A stretch of 64,000 nucleotides of DNA from Malacoraja senta (taxonomy: Eukaryota), in NCBI GenBank assembly GCA_038087875.1, contig JAXLNO010000796.1:1-64000 (forward strand), written 5' to 3'. Made by a program: the position numbers and the translations under genes. This document shows, one piece after another, positions 63,600 to 64,000 of the stretch (its first letter is position 1; every line of letters begins with the position of its first letter). The notes beneath the pieces are model-generated. The model was not told the DNA's origin and did no database searches. It was given only the letters and a program-made list of their open reading frames with translations.

Positions 63600-63795
63600 A
63601 GATACATTGCTGAAACAGGCCCTTCAGCCCATACTAGGGACAATTTACAATTATACCAAGCCAATTTACCTACATCTCAGAGAAAAGTCACACAGGTTAC
63701 GGGGAGAACATGCAAACTCCGTACAGTCACCACTCGTAGTCAGGTTCAAACCCGGGTCTCAGGTGCTGCAAGGCAGCAACTCGTGTAAGGCCACG
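63600..63795 (-). mobile_element. HE1-type SINE, internally deleted
   Basis: The reverse complement contains gagttgctgccttgcagcacctgagacccgggtttgaacctgactacga...gtaaattgtccctagt. Confidence 0.7.
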
Positions 63796-64000
63796 ATCTC
63801 TTGGCTTTGCTTATAATTATTATCATGTTTTATCTTCTATTGTCTTCTTTTTGCTTATTGCATATAAACAAATGTAAAGCTGCACATAAGGTTGGATCTT
63901 TTCGAGGCCCGAGCTGCCCCATCTATTACCACAAAAGTGCTTCCTATATTTAGAGAAACATAGATATAATAAGGCTCACCCCTCATGGGCATTGAAGGCT

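Noticed and set aside
63978-64000. Possible GTGAG donor marking the end of the MHC alpha1 exon
   Set aside because: Only 21 nt are visible, and the phase-1 frame (PSMPMR) does not resemble an alpha1 C-terminus. It cannot be supported from this window.

Overview
Repeat-rich vertebrate DNA, inferred to be from a cartilaginous fish (probably a skate or ray) because it carries HE1-type SINEs, CR1/HER1-type LINEs, a two-exon GPR139-like receptor and a shark-type MHC class I gene. It has three N gaps. Two spliced host genes lie on the minus strand. The first is a GPR139/142-like class A GPCR (exon 1 at 3291-3366, exon 2 from 917 to the window edge), which the ORF track missed. The second is a non-classical MHC class I-like gene. 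Its alpha2 (56549-56824), alpha3 (50141-50407) and TM (47355-47462) exons and a likely terminal exon (36554-36594) splice in frame through phase-1 GT-AG introns, giving a tail RKKRRDYQNI with a CD1b-like tyrosine sorting motif. Its leader and alpha1 exons were not found in the window. Other content: a 14-kb hierarchical 25-bp satellite with a young CR1 insertion; two tandem endogenous-retrovirus 3' ends, whose env N-terminus resembles a CD300/pIgR-type Ig V domain; a CR1 with an almost intact ORF2; degraded L1s; Penelope remnants carrying minimal hammerhead-ribozyme cores; and nested hAT transposons with readable TIRs and TSDs. All protein and family assignments come from manual translation and motif recognition. 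No database searches were run.
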